A DNA stretch of 62,209 nucleotides, filler included. It is 4 parts of 4 records of this genome, joined end to end, with 100 filler letters (N's around TTAATTAATTAA, not from the genome) between each part and the next. Parts side by side here need not be neighbours in the genome. Positions count along the whole stretch, not along the records: positions 47,555 to 62,209 come from DRR378314_2079; 3 more parts are not named here. One strand, written 5' to 3'. Both the position numbers and the translations under genes were made by a program. Of this stretch, positions 48,425-62,126 are shown in pieces. The notes beneath the pieces were generated by a model. That model did no database searches. It worked only from the letters and a program-made list of their open reading frames with translations, and was not told the DNA's origin. The number at the start of each line of letters is the position of its first letter. Positions within the stretch are counted from its first letter, which is position 1.

Positions 48425-51400
48425 CAATCAAAGTCGCTGAAATGGCGATGCGCCTAAACAAGTGCCACCGAGCGCCTCCAGTGAGGGGATGGGGCAACAA
48501 AACGCACCCGGGCAATCTGAGTGAGCACTTGCGCATCACACTCCTCAGCAATGCACAAAACATACCTGCTGCCTTAGAAATACTTTCATTCGTTCCCGGG
48601 TCTCCTGCAGACCAGCATGGTCGTCGACGGCAGCGTAATGAATGCCTGTCGCAAAGCGAACTATGGCAGATGCAGCGAGCCCGGCTACTGGTGAAAGAGA
48701 CGCATTGTTGCTTTGCAGAAGTGCCGCCAGACCGTCATAGACAGCGGGAACTTCGTCAAAGTCCTCTTGTAGCGGGAGCAATGATAGTGCTCGCGCAAGC
48801 AGATCGCGACTAGCAATGCTATCGCCCAGCGCCTGCACTGCCCTGATGCAGCAGCCGACCGCGTTGTCCATTGCAGCGCCATCAACGTCACCGCCTCGAT
48901 CTGAGCGGAGCGAAAGTGCAAGGGCACGTTCCAGCTTTTGCGCAATAGGAGCTGCGTCACTTCCCAGGATCGAGAGGCATGCACTGCACGCAAATAGTGC
49001 ATTCCTGCGGACCCTGTCGTCTTCGTCGGACGCCCTCTCTACAGCAGTCTGCAGCCAAGAGTACCCCATCGTGCACAGCAAGACGTAAGCCAGTAGCAGC
49101 GAAGATACAGGCGCATTTTCTAGACTAACGGTCGCAAGTTTGGGAGAGACAAACGACGACACAAAGAGAGAAAGGGACAGCATTTTCTGCCATTTCTCCA
49201 AGATCCGCTGGTTACGAGCAAACCAACTTGTCAGTGAGGCGTCAAGGCAAACCGCTGCTGGGAAGAGGCCAAAGAAGAACGCTCTTCGCCAGAGGTTCAG
49301 CATTACGGCATCACAGGGAGCGGAAAAAGTGCTCGCGATTAACCGATTCTTCGCACAAAAAGAAATTTTTCAGCCAAGATGTTACGCACTCATGTGCAAT
49401 CGCCTACCAACACACCTCCAGTGCGCGTGAAACGAACGCGCCGACCTTCTGTGCGTGGTTCTCGCTGCCCGTGTGAGCGCGCGAGCATACATGCACGACG
49501 TATTCCGCAAGCGCGCCAGCACCACTGCCGCGTACTGATGTTGACTCGGTACGGCGCATTGCGCGAGCGCAAGCTTCGAGAATACCCTCTGCATAGTCTT
49601 CCTGCCAGAGCGCTCCGCCAAGCGCTTCGACCGAGGCTGCAAGTGCTTCCCCAGCGCTAGCGCGCGCATCATCAGCGGCAGCGCCATGCGCCTCGTCATC
49701 GTCACGCCCGGTGTCTTCCTCCTCTCCTTCTTCTTCATCATCGTCACATACAGCGGGTGCACGGCCCGCCAACGCTGCACACAGTGGAGGTACCAATGTG
49801 CAACTGGCTGCGCGCGAGCCAGCGATCGCCGATGCGGCTTCGCACGCGGCAAGTACAACGGCAGACGACCGATCGTTTTCCAGCGCAGCACACACAAGGC
49901 GGACAGCCGTCTCTCCAACACCGGTCAAAAGATCGGCATCACCCAGCCGATCAGCAGCCCAAATCAGCCGCGGAAAGGCATATAAAACCTGTATCGAACC
50001 AATTTCGTAGACGAAATGACGAGCGCGTGTAGAAAATGCAGCCGATAGTGAGCGCGCGACACCCAGAGCGCATTGCTATTCGGCAAGACCCGCGTGCTGG
50101 TGGCAGCCGCAACTACGGAGCTCTCTCTGTCAGCGCACCACTTGCCGGTGAGCATCGAATGCACCCTTACAGCGAGCCCCCTTCCCCTTACAGGCACACC
50201 AAATGAATCAAACCCATTTTTTTCAATAGAAGCATTCAAGTGTGGTACCGACTTCTACTACTGTGGAGCTACTGGAGGTACACGGGAGAGATGGCCGAAA
50301 GCCATTGTTGCACCCATCGGCACGGAGCGCGCACGAAACCAACACAGGACCAGCAGGGAGAAAAAGCACGGCAGGTGGCGCGCAGCGGAACAAGCTGCAG
50401 TAACACGAAATGCAGTCACGAGGCCAAGGACATAGCTACATGGTGTCGACAATGTACCTGGATCCGCACATCATCATGAAAGTATTCGGCGAGATCCTCG
50501 AAGCATTGCACCGCACGCGCGAACGCTGGCGCGCACGAGGCCGGTGCCGCCTCGATGCACTGCGAGCTGCTCTGCACGGCAGCGGCCTTTTCGTCAAGAA
50601 AGGCGGTGCGAACGCGCATGCGCCCACCCGACGTTTCAGCGCCCGAGCATGACCAGTCGGTTTCTTCTTCTTCTTGCTCGTACGCGTCAAGAACATCTGC
50701 CAGTCCGTCGCTTTTACTTGTCACACCGTCGCTGCTCTCACAGCTCGCTAGCATAAAAGGTAGAACCTGTTGCAGCACCGGTGCAGATTCCTCGCCAGCC
50801 GCGCGCGCAACCGCGGCCACAAACGCGTACGTGTACTCGCGTAGCTCGTTCGCATCGATTCCAAGTCCCTGTAAAACAGAAAGAGGAGATACCGTTTTAT
50901 GGACTTCGTGGATGAATACATAAGAGACCGCAAGCGCCGCTGTGCACCGCCAAGTGTACGAGGGAGGCCAGTCGACTACTAAATCTACATCCTGTGCCCG
51001 CGGATGGCGCAGAGCACGCTATCCCTGCCCTGGGGAAGCAAAATTGCCCCCACATGACTGTATACTCACTGAACTTATTACAAACATCGTTCTTCTACCA
51101 TGCAAAGAAGGAACAGGGGAAAAGAGAAGTTTCAGGAACGCACTCGCCGACAACAAAAGGAAAAGCAAACGAACAGACAGACAAACAAACACCGACCCGG
51201 GCACTACAACGGTGGTTTGTGCATTTGCCAGCGTTGAAAGATGTCCGAATCAGGAACGCTGCAGCTACAACTTGGGAGAAGGATTTCCTGAAGCGAACAG
51301 TCACATACCTGCACTATTGGCGGTGTCAACTCGTTCGCGAGTGCTACTGCCATGCCGCGGTCTCCTTCCTCAACGGCAGCGCCTACCAGTAACCCGGCGA

Positions 51401-54182
51401 GCTCAGTGGCTCGCACGCGCTCCGCCAAGACGCTTTCTTCGTCGCTGTCTACGAAAAACGATTGCAGCTGCGAGGTACGACGGTGAAACGTGTAGTGGGG
51501 TACGCTGGTAAGCCATTGATACGCGAGTGCGAGAACGAAAACTTGGAGAGGGTCAGCGAGATCTACAAGGAAACTGCAAGAATCGAATTGCTCGTGGGCG
51601 CCCATTGGAAGTATGGGAGAAACCCACCGCTGTTGCAAGTCCCTGTGCGCTCCGGAGTACCTCCGTTGGCACCGCTGAAGCTGATGCACATAGAAGAGCC
51701 AGAGCGAGATTCTTTTCATCGGCAATGTCGCTCTGAAGCATTGCACCGAGCCGTGGAAGAAGGTCGTGCAAGAATGGAGCCGCCGCATCGCCGATTTCCT
51801 CGGCAAGAACCTCCAGCGCATATGCGCCCTGCGCACGCCGGCAGTTGACGACCGAAGCAGCACAGTTTTGATGATTAGATCGACCAACGGTTACATGCAC
51901 CGTCACGACCGTCTGTTGTAATTCCATCTCACGAAACAAGAAGTAGAGACGATCATGATTGGGCCAACTTTCGCGGCCAGCAGAGCGCTGCTTCAGGGAG
52001 GGGGCAGAAAAACGCCCACGTACCGCAGCGCGCACGCTTGCGCTTGGGTCGCTTATCCGTTTCACGAGTTCTCCCAGTACCCTGTCGTGATACGATTCGA
52101 GCTCGGGCTCCAGGTAGCGAACAGCCTCTGCCAGAGCGTGGCAGGCAGCGATACGCGGTGCTGGATGTGCGGATTCCATGCCGTGCACGAGGAGACTGAC
52201 TGTACCGGCGAGCCTCGCGTCCGACGCGCACAGCCACTCGGCAATCCCTTCGAGCATGAAGCCCATCGCCAGTACTACTCCGCGCAGACTGTAGACACCC
52301 CCACGCTACGTGCAGTGGCAAGAAACAGGAATATACAACATATTATGTACAAGGCCACACTTTCGGGCGCCATCTCGCCGTGAACGACGGCATTGTCTCG
52401 ACCTTAACGCGTCGGGTTTCATGGGTGACACACGAAGATGCGATTCGAAACGAGCAGCCTGGAGGTGCGCTTACAACCCGCTATGGAACTGGCGGTAACA
52501 CCGACAACGAGTGTTTATCCCTTTCTGACCCATACGATGAATCTTTCTGGCACCTCGAGGCCGTGATTTGATAAATTTCAATTGATAATGTGCCAAATAT
52601 TCGCAATGAGGAACGAAGAAAGGAGAAAAGAAAACGAACCGACGCAGCAGCTTCGACAGCAGCAAGGAGGCACGGGCCAACTACTTCGGCAGGCAACGCA
52701 AGCGCGACATCGTGCGCCAAGCGCGATCCGTGCGCGGCCATTGTGTCGGCCTCCGATTCGTCATCATCATCCGTATCAGTGCGTTCATCGATACTACTGC
52801 CGTGTTCATCTGCAATACGCTCGCTTTCACTGGGCTCTGCGCACAGATGCACGGCGAGCTCAACCAGCGTCGGTACGAGCCGGCGGCGAAGAATCGCGCG
52901 TGGCCGCTGACGCAAACACCAGCGCAGCACATCCACAGCAGATCCACGCAGCACACTTGGCAGCGATCCATGCGTCGATATCTCACATGAAAGTGAAATA
53001 ATGGAAGTGATATGAGACTTTGCGACCGGAGCCGGGGATTCCTGCGCCAATCATGCAGCATGTCATTCCACAAGCGACACCGTAAGCGCAGGCTCCGTGT
53101 CGGCGCTCCGTGCCACTCAGTGCACCGACGGAAAACGCGCGGAAGGGGTTGCTCCGGAAAGGGGTGAAAGGCAATCGAACAAGCAGCGTACCATGAAATC
53201 TCCAATGACTTCAAGACCTTCAGCAGCAGTAGAGATGTCCTCTCGCGAGAGTGCATTTCGCACTGTGGCAATCGTGGCCGGAACGATCGGCTGCACACAA
53301 GGGCGCGCGCAGCGGAGGCAGGAAGCACGTGAAGAGAGGCAGCGACGGAAGCCAAGCGCACGCTGCAGGACTTGCGCCCAGAGTGTTTTCGGATTCGCAA
53401 CAGCACACGTACCGCGTACGAGGACAAGGCCTCCTCTGAGTCGAGATATGGAAGAAGTGCTGATGCAGCATGCAATGCACCTCGCTGAACGGTTGCTTCG
53501 TCACCAAGCGAAGCGCCCTACAACAGCGCAGCGGCGGACGCAGAAGCGGTCGACCACGGAGCAAAGGAAGTGGCGCGTCCGTGGTCAGCGCGAGCCAAAG
53601 CAGACAGCGCGACAGCCGTGCTTTACTTCCCTTTGGCACTGCCTTTCCCCTCTCCAACGGCGGATTCTCTCGCAAATTCGTTACCGGTTATGATGAACGT
53701 ACCACTGCTGCGCATACATCTTGTACATGTGGAAGCAGCATTTCGCCCCCACTCTCTATGATGTCGCCGAGCAGCCGTGCAGCGCACGCACGGCGCGTTA
53801 CGTCCGCGGACGCAAATAGCCGCGAAAGCAAGCTGAGAAGATCGGGCCACCGGCCACGTGGAAAGAGGTACCGAGCCAGAACACCGGCCGCATCCGCGCA
53901 CGCTGCCGCCACTATATATTCAGTCTCATTTTCCATCGCGTGAGCAAGCGCAGCTTGAATGTGATCTTGCTGGGCCTTGGCGAGCCCTTCGAACTGGCGC
54001 ACAAAGCGTCGCCGCAACACGACGGCAGCGAGCTGCCTGATGCTCGCGTCGGAAGCTCTCAGAGCAACTTCGACTAGCGACACGGCTGCGGCAGGCTGCT
54101 TGAGCTCCTGCCGCAACGAGGCCTCGGCAGCCTCCCGTTGCGCATTATCGGCGACCAATATCCCACGCAACAGGTGCTCCAT
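48425..54182 (-). CDS. Importin-4 (Kap123)-like HEAT-repeat karyopherin, multi-exon eukaryotic gene (3' end approximate)
   Basis: Exon peptides MEHLLRGILVADNAQREAAE..IRQLAAVVLRR, WPDLL, ELREYTYAF, RVRTAFLDEKAAA, YFHDDVR, DNAVGC and LPLQEDFDE, separated by GT-AG introns (e.g. donor at 53702-53701). Confidence 0.85.
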
Positions 54183-55708
54183 TTAGACCGGTGCACACCC
54201 CACACACGCACCCGTGCGCGCGCACGAAAAACGCGAGGACTATATCGTGCTTGGAGCACAGACGGCGCTTGCACGCACAGAGCGGCGGGTGCACCCCGTA
54301 GTTCTCTACCCTAGGCCTAACTTGAACGTGTGCGTCGAAAACGGTCCCGTGCTTGGGCGGCTCTCGAACGCCCCCGGAGTCGAACGGCAGTTCACTATAA
54401 TGCGCCCCCGAAACGCGTTGCTAGAGCACGGTAAGCTCTTTGTCCTCCTGCTTGTGGAAATCAAGAGTTGTAGGTGGGGAAACTATCTTTCGCGATGATA
54501 TTCCGTTCCCGTTGACCGATCCTTCTTGCTATGCTATAGCCGAAGTCCTCTCCAGTTGACATGGAGTCGCGGAGGTTGCGAGGACCGTACTCAGCGCTCG
54601 CTACCTACAAAAGAACACTTACAGCGTGCAAATAGGATTCGGAGGGCCTCAGACGGGGATTTTACCGCATACACAGCCTTTGTGTGCAGCAGCATCCGGC
54701 GAAATGCAGCCGACAGACTTCTTCGCCCTCCACTGCCCGGAAGAGTAGCGTACGAACGGATCCATGACTTGGCGCAGGCCGCTTCTCCCAACATTCGATA
54801 TGCCTGGGGCCGGGTATTCCCCAAGAAAGAGAAAAACAGGACAGGGACTATGCTACAACATAGAAATAGAGAAGTTTATGTATCGAGCCTTGGACTGGGA
54901 TGTTCGAATACTGGTTTCAGATTCGAGCAAAGGGTGGTGCGTACAGTGTGTTCCATTTGATACAGCAGCGAAGGAGGTAAGCGTCACGGCAACCGTGCCC
55001 TGGTTCATGCGTTCCCTCGTTGATACGATGCCCGTCCTTTCTTCAGCCCGGCCTTTGCATTGGCAGCCGCTGACATGCAGTACCAATGGAAAGGAGCTCC
55101 GAAGGCTCTGCGTGGAGTGGTACAACCGTACTCGCGAACAGCTCATCACACTTTGTTCGCTCCTCAGGAAAAGAGCTCGCAAACTGCTAGGACCTGCCTT
55201 TCTGGTTTGCCCGTGCGAACAAACTGTTATCGCCATCGAATACGAATCTCGTAGGGCGACCATTTGGGGAATGGTAGAGGGCCACAGTGCAAACGAATCC
55301 GTATTTACAATTGTAATTGCGTAGCCCCAAACCCCTTTTCTTTTCGCGGAAATGAGAATGGACAATTGCGGAAATGCGCCAACGACCACTCACTAGTGGA
55401 GTGGGTCCAGATCGAAAACTTCAGGGTCAAGTACAGAAAACGACCGATTTCGTGCAGATGTTTGCACTGATGTTCGGTGAATGGAAACGCTTTGCGCTAG
55501 CTGCAGCTGAACCCCTTTGCGCTCGCGGGAGCCAAGGGGCGAAGACTCGCTCGGCGGCGGCTGTCTGGACTCCCCCGCGCTGCGTGCTTGGAATGGGGAA
55601 AGGGGCACTAGAAACAAAATCGAAGTGGTATGTATCGATCAACATACGGCTTCTCTGCGGGTTGTGCGTGCGGCAAGAATTGGCTGCGGATAGCCGGGAC
55701 GTTTTCAG

Positions 55709-58700
55709 CGTCCAGCGACGAAGACTTGCAATATGAACGGGACGTGCACAGTTCTTCGCCTGCGTCGCTCCCCTTTGGGCGTGCGCAGCACCTCCGCCTT
55801 GCAGCGGAAAACAGGTGCCCCATAGGCGCGTTGCGCGTGCCGGGAGCGCGTTTGTGATAATCCCAATTTCATTCGATAAACTTGCTTTGCTGTACGGAAA
55901 AATATGCATATCATAGCCATGCGCAAGGATCTCGTCGCGCTGCCGGCCACTGCGCGATTTTTGTTGGGCGCTTGCACGCCACGTCAACTGCTCACGAAAC
56001 GACCGTTCTGTTGTCTTCTGCCGTCTGGCGTGCCAGGGAGCTCTTTGCTTTTGCGTCTGTCGGCTCGTGCACGGCCGAGACGGCAACATATCCTGTTGAT
56101 CTGATTAAAGTCAAACTACAGGTATGTGCTGCTTGTTATCGTCGATGATAAAAGCGCGCTCGCGCGCTGTGGGTCCTTGTTGGCGTCTTCGGGCGGGCGC
56201 TATTGTTCTGTTTGTGCAGGAAAGGGGGCGCACGTGCGGCGCGCTGCTCGAATGTCGCCTTGCGCGCCCAGGTCGCTCCGTCGCGCTTGCCTCTCGCGCA
56301 CTCGCGCCTTGGCTGCTAGCTACTTTTCGCACGATTTAAACAAGCGTGGCGCTGACGCGCGATCCGTAGGGCCCACTACACGAACGAGAGATATGCCTTT
56401 CTTTTTGTTCTTCTGACTTGCCCGCTCGCGACCGGGAATTCTTTCTGTTTGGTTGGCGGCGCTGGACGGCTGAGCAGCTTGCCGGCGAGCACGCGTCAGG
56501 CGCGCGGCGGCTCTCGATCCCAGCGGCAGCGAAGAGTGTATATCAGCACGACGGCTGGAGAGGATTTTTCAAAGGCCTCTCACCAGGTATTGTTCCTCCG
56601 GTTGTATAGATATGGTTTGGCTACGTGAATAACCACGTAAGCTATGTCTTGGAGTGTGCGTATCGCGCAGCGCTGCGCTACCACGGGCGTGTGCTGTAGC
56701 CAGTGCGGCTTCGCGACCGACACGTGTGTGCTTCGCGTTCCCTGCTCTTCTGCAGCGCTTCTCCGCCAGGCGTCGTATGGGAGCCTCCGCATAGGTACGC
56801 CGTTCGTTTGCATGCGCCTGCAAGAAAACAAGGTCGCACTTCTACAAGTTGTCTCTATTCGATGCTTATCGACACGTACGTCGATGTTGAGGATATCTCA
56901 GCTCTTTCCGGCCTTTTCCTTACGCTTGCATTTCTTTGCTGCGCTGCTGGAACGTGCGCCGCTATGCCAGGCCTGTACCCGATCGCGAAAGACCTGCTTG
57001 GCGCGGAAGGCGACTCGGCCTCCGTTGCGCAGAAGCTCGCTGCTGGTGTCGTGAGCGGCGCGTCCGCGTCCCTGTTGTGCTCCCCAACTGATCTGGTGCG
57101 TTTCGTCGTATTTTTTGCAGCAAGTTGTTCCGCTGTGCGCAATGGGATGCGTGCGTTTTTTCTCTGGAACGGAAAAGGAAGTCGTGCACCTCTAGCGCGG
57201 AAGTCCGTTTGGCCTCGACCTCGTGGAAGTGCCTTGCCGTGCCGCGCCGCAACAGCGTCGAGCAAGTGGTTCGCCCTTCGGCAGCGCACCCTCGCATTCG
57301 CACGTGTCCCCGGAAATTATGACACTCGCGCTGCGCGATATTTTGCATGGATTACTTTTGAATGTATGGGTATTGCACTGGAATTACGCATGTCAATTTT
57401 CTCCGGTGTAGATCAAGATTCGCATGCAAGCAGATGCGGGGACGGGGAGGAGTCGCTACTCGAGCATTGCGGGCGCGGCAAAGTCTATATATGCAGACGG
57501 CGGCGGCCGGTACGTGTCGGCGTTCGATTCCAGAAGGAGGCTGTCATTAATTTCTGTATAATACAGCGAGTCGTTCGTGATTGCTGTTGAATTTATTCCA
57601 CTTTTCCGCGGGGAAGGGGGTTTCTCGCCTTATGTGCTTGACTCAGCCCTCGCGCTCGCTCACGCGCTGCCTCTCGCCGATATCCAGCGTGCGCGTTTTC
57701 TATCGCGGAGTGGCTCCCAATGTTGCTCGCGCGGCCATTGTTGCCGGGGTCGAGCTTGCGGCATATGATCAATGCAAGGCAAGTTTTTCTTCCTATTTCC
57801 GACTGTCGTTGCATTTCAATATCCCACAAGAGGGTTTGTACGCCGTGTTTTATCGACGGAGTGGTTGGAACACGGTTTCCGCAATTGAATGCCAGTGGTA
57901 CGTGCTGTACTCTGTGACGTGAGAGCGTCGTTCTTATGCCTGACTCGTGATATACATGCCCGCAATGTTTTTTTCGTGCCCTATGCTCATTCACTGTAGA
58001 TGATGATAATGAATAAATTTGGATTATCGGATGGTTTTTCTTCTCACCTACTCGCGTCTATTGCTGCTGGATTTCTTGCAACTGTGGTGCGTGCAAGGCA
58101 TAATGCGCTCGGCGCACGGGCCTCCGTGATTGTGATGAGCTCTCCTTTCGTTTGCCCCCAAACTGCAGGATTACAGCGAATGCGCAAGAGTTCACAGCGC
58201 TTAGAGTCGTAAAAAGAGTGAGCACGTTGAAGGGAAACTGCGACGCGCGTTTACGTGCTTCTGTGTCCGAACGTGTTCTCGCGCAACGCTCGGTTGTGTG
58301 CACGCCGGAAACGAAAGGCGAGTACACCTGCAGATGTCATGAAGAGCCGCATGATGAACCAAAGTCACGAGCAACTGGTGGATGGTCGTCGATATCGCGG
58401 TCTCGGCGACTGCTTAGTTCGGACAGTGCGCACCGAGGTAAGGGGCGGAGGATGGTATTCCGTACATCTCGCTTGTGAAAGAACCGCGCTTGAGCCTCTT
58501 AGCTTGAGGGAAGCAATTCGCGTTCCTTCTTTCCAGCCCGTGCGCATTGCAGCCCCCTTTCCACGTACTTCGCCGCTTACCTTTCCGAGGGCTTCCAACT
58601 CTGGTCTCACGCGCAGGGCGTCCTTGCTCTGTGGAAAGGGTTCTGGCCCAGCTACATGCGTCTCGGCCCGCATGGTATGTTGGGAATCGGCAGGCTTCGG

Positions 58701-58946
58701 TGGAACGGGTGGGCTAATCCTGTTGCGAACATGATGCGTGGCAAACTGCCCAAGAATCCGCGGTGCGCATAGGCGTAACTTGAAAAATGGGTGCCTTAAT
58801 GGGGGCGACATTGTGCTGAAGTATGTAACTCTGATATTTTCCGTTGCTATTGGATTTTTTTCTGCGCTTCCCGTGCAGTCACGATAATGTTTGTGACGAT
58901 CGAGCAGCTTCGGATGCTGTGGGAACGTGTCAACGACTCGGCCTAA
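55709..58946 (+). CDS. Mitochondrial carrier (SLC25), uncoupling-protein-like, multi-exon (5' start uncertain)
   Basis: Three carrier signatures: YPVDLIKVKLQ, SPTDL|IKIRMQ and TPADVMKSRMM; UCP-like LLRQASYGSLRIGLY, PNVARAAIV..ELAAYD and RLGPHVTIMFVTIEQL; exons splice in frame; stop TAA at 58944-58946. Confidence 0.88.
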
Positions 58947-59251
58947 CCACGACCTCGACGCGCATGATGACGGACGCGCTGCTGATTCCTCCCGCATTAA
59001 TTGCGCACAAGCCTTGTATTTATGAAAAAAAGCGCATTAAAGAAAACAATGACCAGCATGAGTGTCAAAACCTTAGCTGGCGAAAGCAAGCCGAATCCGG
59101 GGGGTGCAAAGTGTCCCTTTTCACGTTGTCCATTCGTACATACGTTGCGAAGCCGTCAGCTGACAGCACACATAACTTTTCTCTTTTCGTAGGGACCAAC
59201 CGTCCCCAGTACCGTTCCGACCAATGAATTTCAACGTGCATGCGAAAGCAC

Positions 59252-61722
59252 TTACAATTCTTCCTGTTCAGTATTCTCAGCGGCTGCAGCAGGACGCGCC
59301 TTACGCTACAGCAGTGATCAGAGACGGCACATGCGAAATAGATGCGTTAGCAGCCACGATACACATTGCCGCCGGTGTTGCATGCGTTGTGTCGAGAAAC
59401 GCAGTTCAAGACAGGCGCGTTTCTTTCGCGCGAGCGTACCTTGATGTTGTAGCGCGATCCAGGTTTTTCAAACTTTTCTTCGCTGCGCAAATCGCGCTTC
59501 CGGCGCATAAATGCCTCTTTGATCTTCCTCTTTCGGACGCGCTCATCTTTCGTCTCGAGATGGCCAGCGCCCAGGGACTTTGCATCAATCGCCTGGAAAG
59601 GAATAAGCAGGTGGTTACAATAGCATTGCAGGACGTCCGAAAGGAGCTCAGATCGAGTCGAGAAATATGTGAATACAGCAACGCGTTTTCTCTCTCTTCA
59701 ACAGAGCAAACAGCGACACCACGTCTGCGTTATCGCATGCTAATGGCACGGTGTTACATGGGAATTGGATCGAGCGGCAACCTAAGCAGTCTGCACCACA
59801 TTCTCCGCACTGATCCTCGGCATCAGCATGAGCGGGAGAAGCCGCTTCACAGCAGCGCACCTGACGGACATCTTCGGTCATTTCTGGGATGAGGATAGAC
59901 ACACCGAACTTCAGCACAATAAAGAAGTGTTCCGCGAGAACGAAAGCCCACACACTCTGTTGAAGAAGAAATAAGAGGCGAAAACAAAAGAGTCCGTTAC
60001 AATGAGACACAAGAGTTGCGGAAAACAATGATCCATCTGTACTGCCAACGTTGCTGCATCACGATTCGGAAGTCTCGTCGGTCAAGAAGATAAGGAAAGC
60101 CACGATCATCAGCGTTTGAAGGATGATCAACGCGCCAATGACCTCTGATTTGTTCTATGTTTACCCCTTTCCCCACGACCGTGAACTGGGACGATGGTGC
60201 CGACATCTCCTTCACAAGACATACTTCTACCCCACATCGTTCCATACCCCACCCCATGACCGCACAACGAGTGGCCACGAGCGAATGTCCGGGCGAGGAA
60301 TACCTCCGCCTTTCCCACTAGCGACCAGCAGCCAGGGACTAGCCGCTGACAGCATATCAGAGAAATCATTAGAGATCATGTTAGGTGGATCCAAGCCCAA
60401 CCTCAGTCTCGCAAGCAGCACGTACCCCGGCAGACCATTTCTCGCCAAGTGTACCGCCGTATTCTTCGATCCCCTCCTCCTTGAACTTGTCGGGCTCATT
60501 GAAGAGCTGGTTCGACGTGAAGATGACGTATGCAGCGTTGACGATGACACCCAGATACGACGTTGCCGACTGGACGGAGAACCACATACCTGCATACCAG
60601 GCAATACGCAACGAGCGGAAGCGTGGCGTGAGAAGTCAGGAACGTAGCGCTGTGCGCCCCCTCCCCACGGCGGGCTTGCGAGCGCGCACCCAGCGCTACT
60701 CGGAGAACTCGAGCCTAATCTGCGGCGAACACGGAGCGCTGGCAGTGTCCCAAATCGCCAGTCGCTGCCTATAGTAACCGCCCATTCCATCGCGGCCCGG
60801 AAAATTCTACCTGTAGACACCTTCTCTCCTTCCCACGCGAATAAAGGAAAACCGCTTGAATTGCCCGTCCCAGCTGCACGCGGTGCATTGCCTGAAACAC
60901 ACCAATATCTTCCGCGCCTTGATACTCCGGGCGCCGGAGACCGGTGAGGAGCTTAGCCGCATCACCGCGAAGTTCGACAATGTTGTTCAGGTACGCGAGA
61001 ATCGCCGCAATCGGGAACGACGCAGCGAACAGGACAACGTATCCGAATTGGAGACCTGTGTGCAATACCGACGCATTCCGGCGTGGAGAGATGTGAGGCG
61101 TATCACGGCTGAGCGCCCCCTGTGATCCCGGCAAAGCAGCAAGCTCGCCCGCGTGGAAAGAAAAGCACTCGGAATTCCCGAGAGTGTCATCGTTTGCATT
61201 TCCTCTTTGAAACACAGCGACCAGGAACGCACGTCTCCACTTCAAACACTGTTAACGTACACATTTCAAGGTATTCGTCAAATGTGCCCACATAGGCTTC
61301 CATTTTGCATTCTTCTTCAATGAACGAGGGCTTGACAAATAGCTCCTTCGTCTTTCCTTGCTTCATCATCCGCTCCTTCTTCTTCTTCTCGACAAAGGAC
61401 TGTGCGGGCGCATAATCAAAGCGCAACAGCGAGAAGGGCAGCAATCCTCAGAGCGATCACACCGCGGATTATTGTGCCGATGAAACGGAAAGGCGGCGCA
61501 CATGCGAGCAGATTTTTATCCGGAAGCTCGGGAATTACACGAGCTCCAATTGCAACGATCGTGGGCTGAGCGCTTTCGGAGTCGACAACGTACGCCGATC
61601 TTGTTCTTGATCACCGGCATCATAATCTCCATCAACTGTCCGTACGTCATACGGCCGAAGTAGATCGTGATCAACAGGTAGAAGAGCTCGCCGACACAAT
61701 CGTTCTTATCGCACGGATCTCT
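59252..61722 (-). CDS. Anoctamin/TMEM16 Ca2+-activated channel or scramblase, 3' exons (5' part not resolved)
   Basis: Exon peptides C..NDCVGELFYLL..GQLMEI, GTFDEYLEM, QFGYVVLFAASFP.A..LA..NNIVELRGDA.K, RRP....EDIGVF, FTSNQL and EHFFI.LKF..ILIPE; probable last exon ..TEQEEL*. Confidence 0.88.
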
Positions 61723-62126
61723 GTAGTACAAACGGGCGACGAAGCAACGAAGGTGTGCAATGAGATGCGCATGGCATGCAAGGAACTGAGAGATTCCGCT
61801 CGGCGCATCACCAAGCAGGCGCTTCTCGCCGACTACCCAAGGGCCCCTACGCCGTCCAGGTGCCTGGCCGCATCATGGGTATCTGCGGAGGAACACGCAT
61901 TGCGCGTGTCACCTCACTCACCCATATAATCAAGAGCCTGTGCAAACATACACTCGGTCACGAAAAAGCGCAAAGAAATCGAGGTATGGGCTCCTGAACG
62001 GCTAAAAAAGAACAGTAATACCATACAGTGCTGTGTTGCTGCCTTGATGTCCTCCGCCAGAAAACGAGGAGATACACGAACACACTTGCAGCTCCTATCC
62101 CAACCAAAGTCACTACTTGGAAAGAA

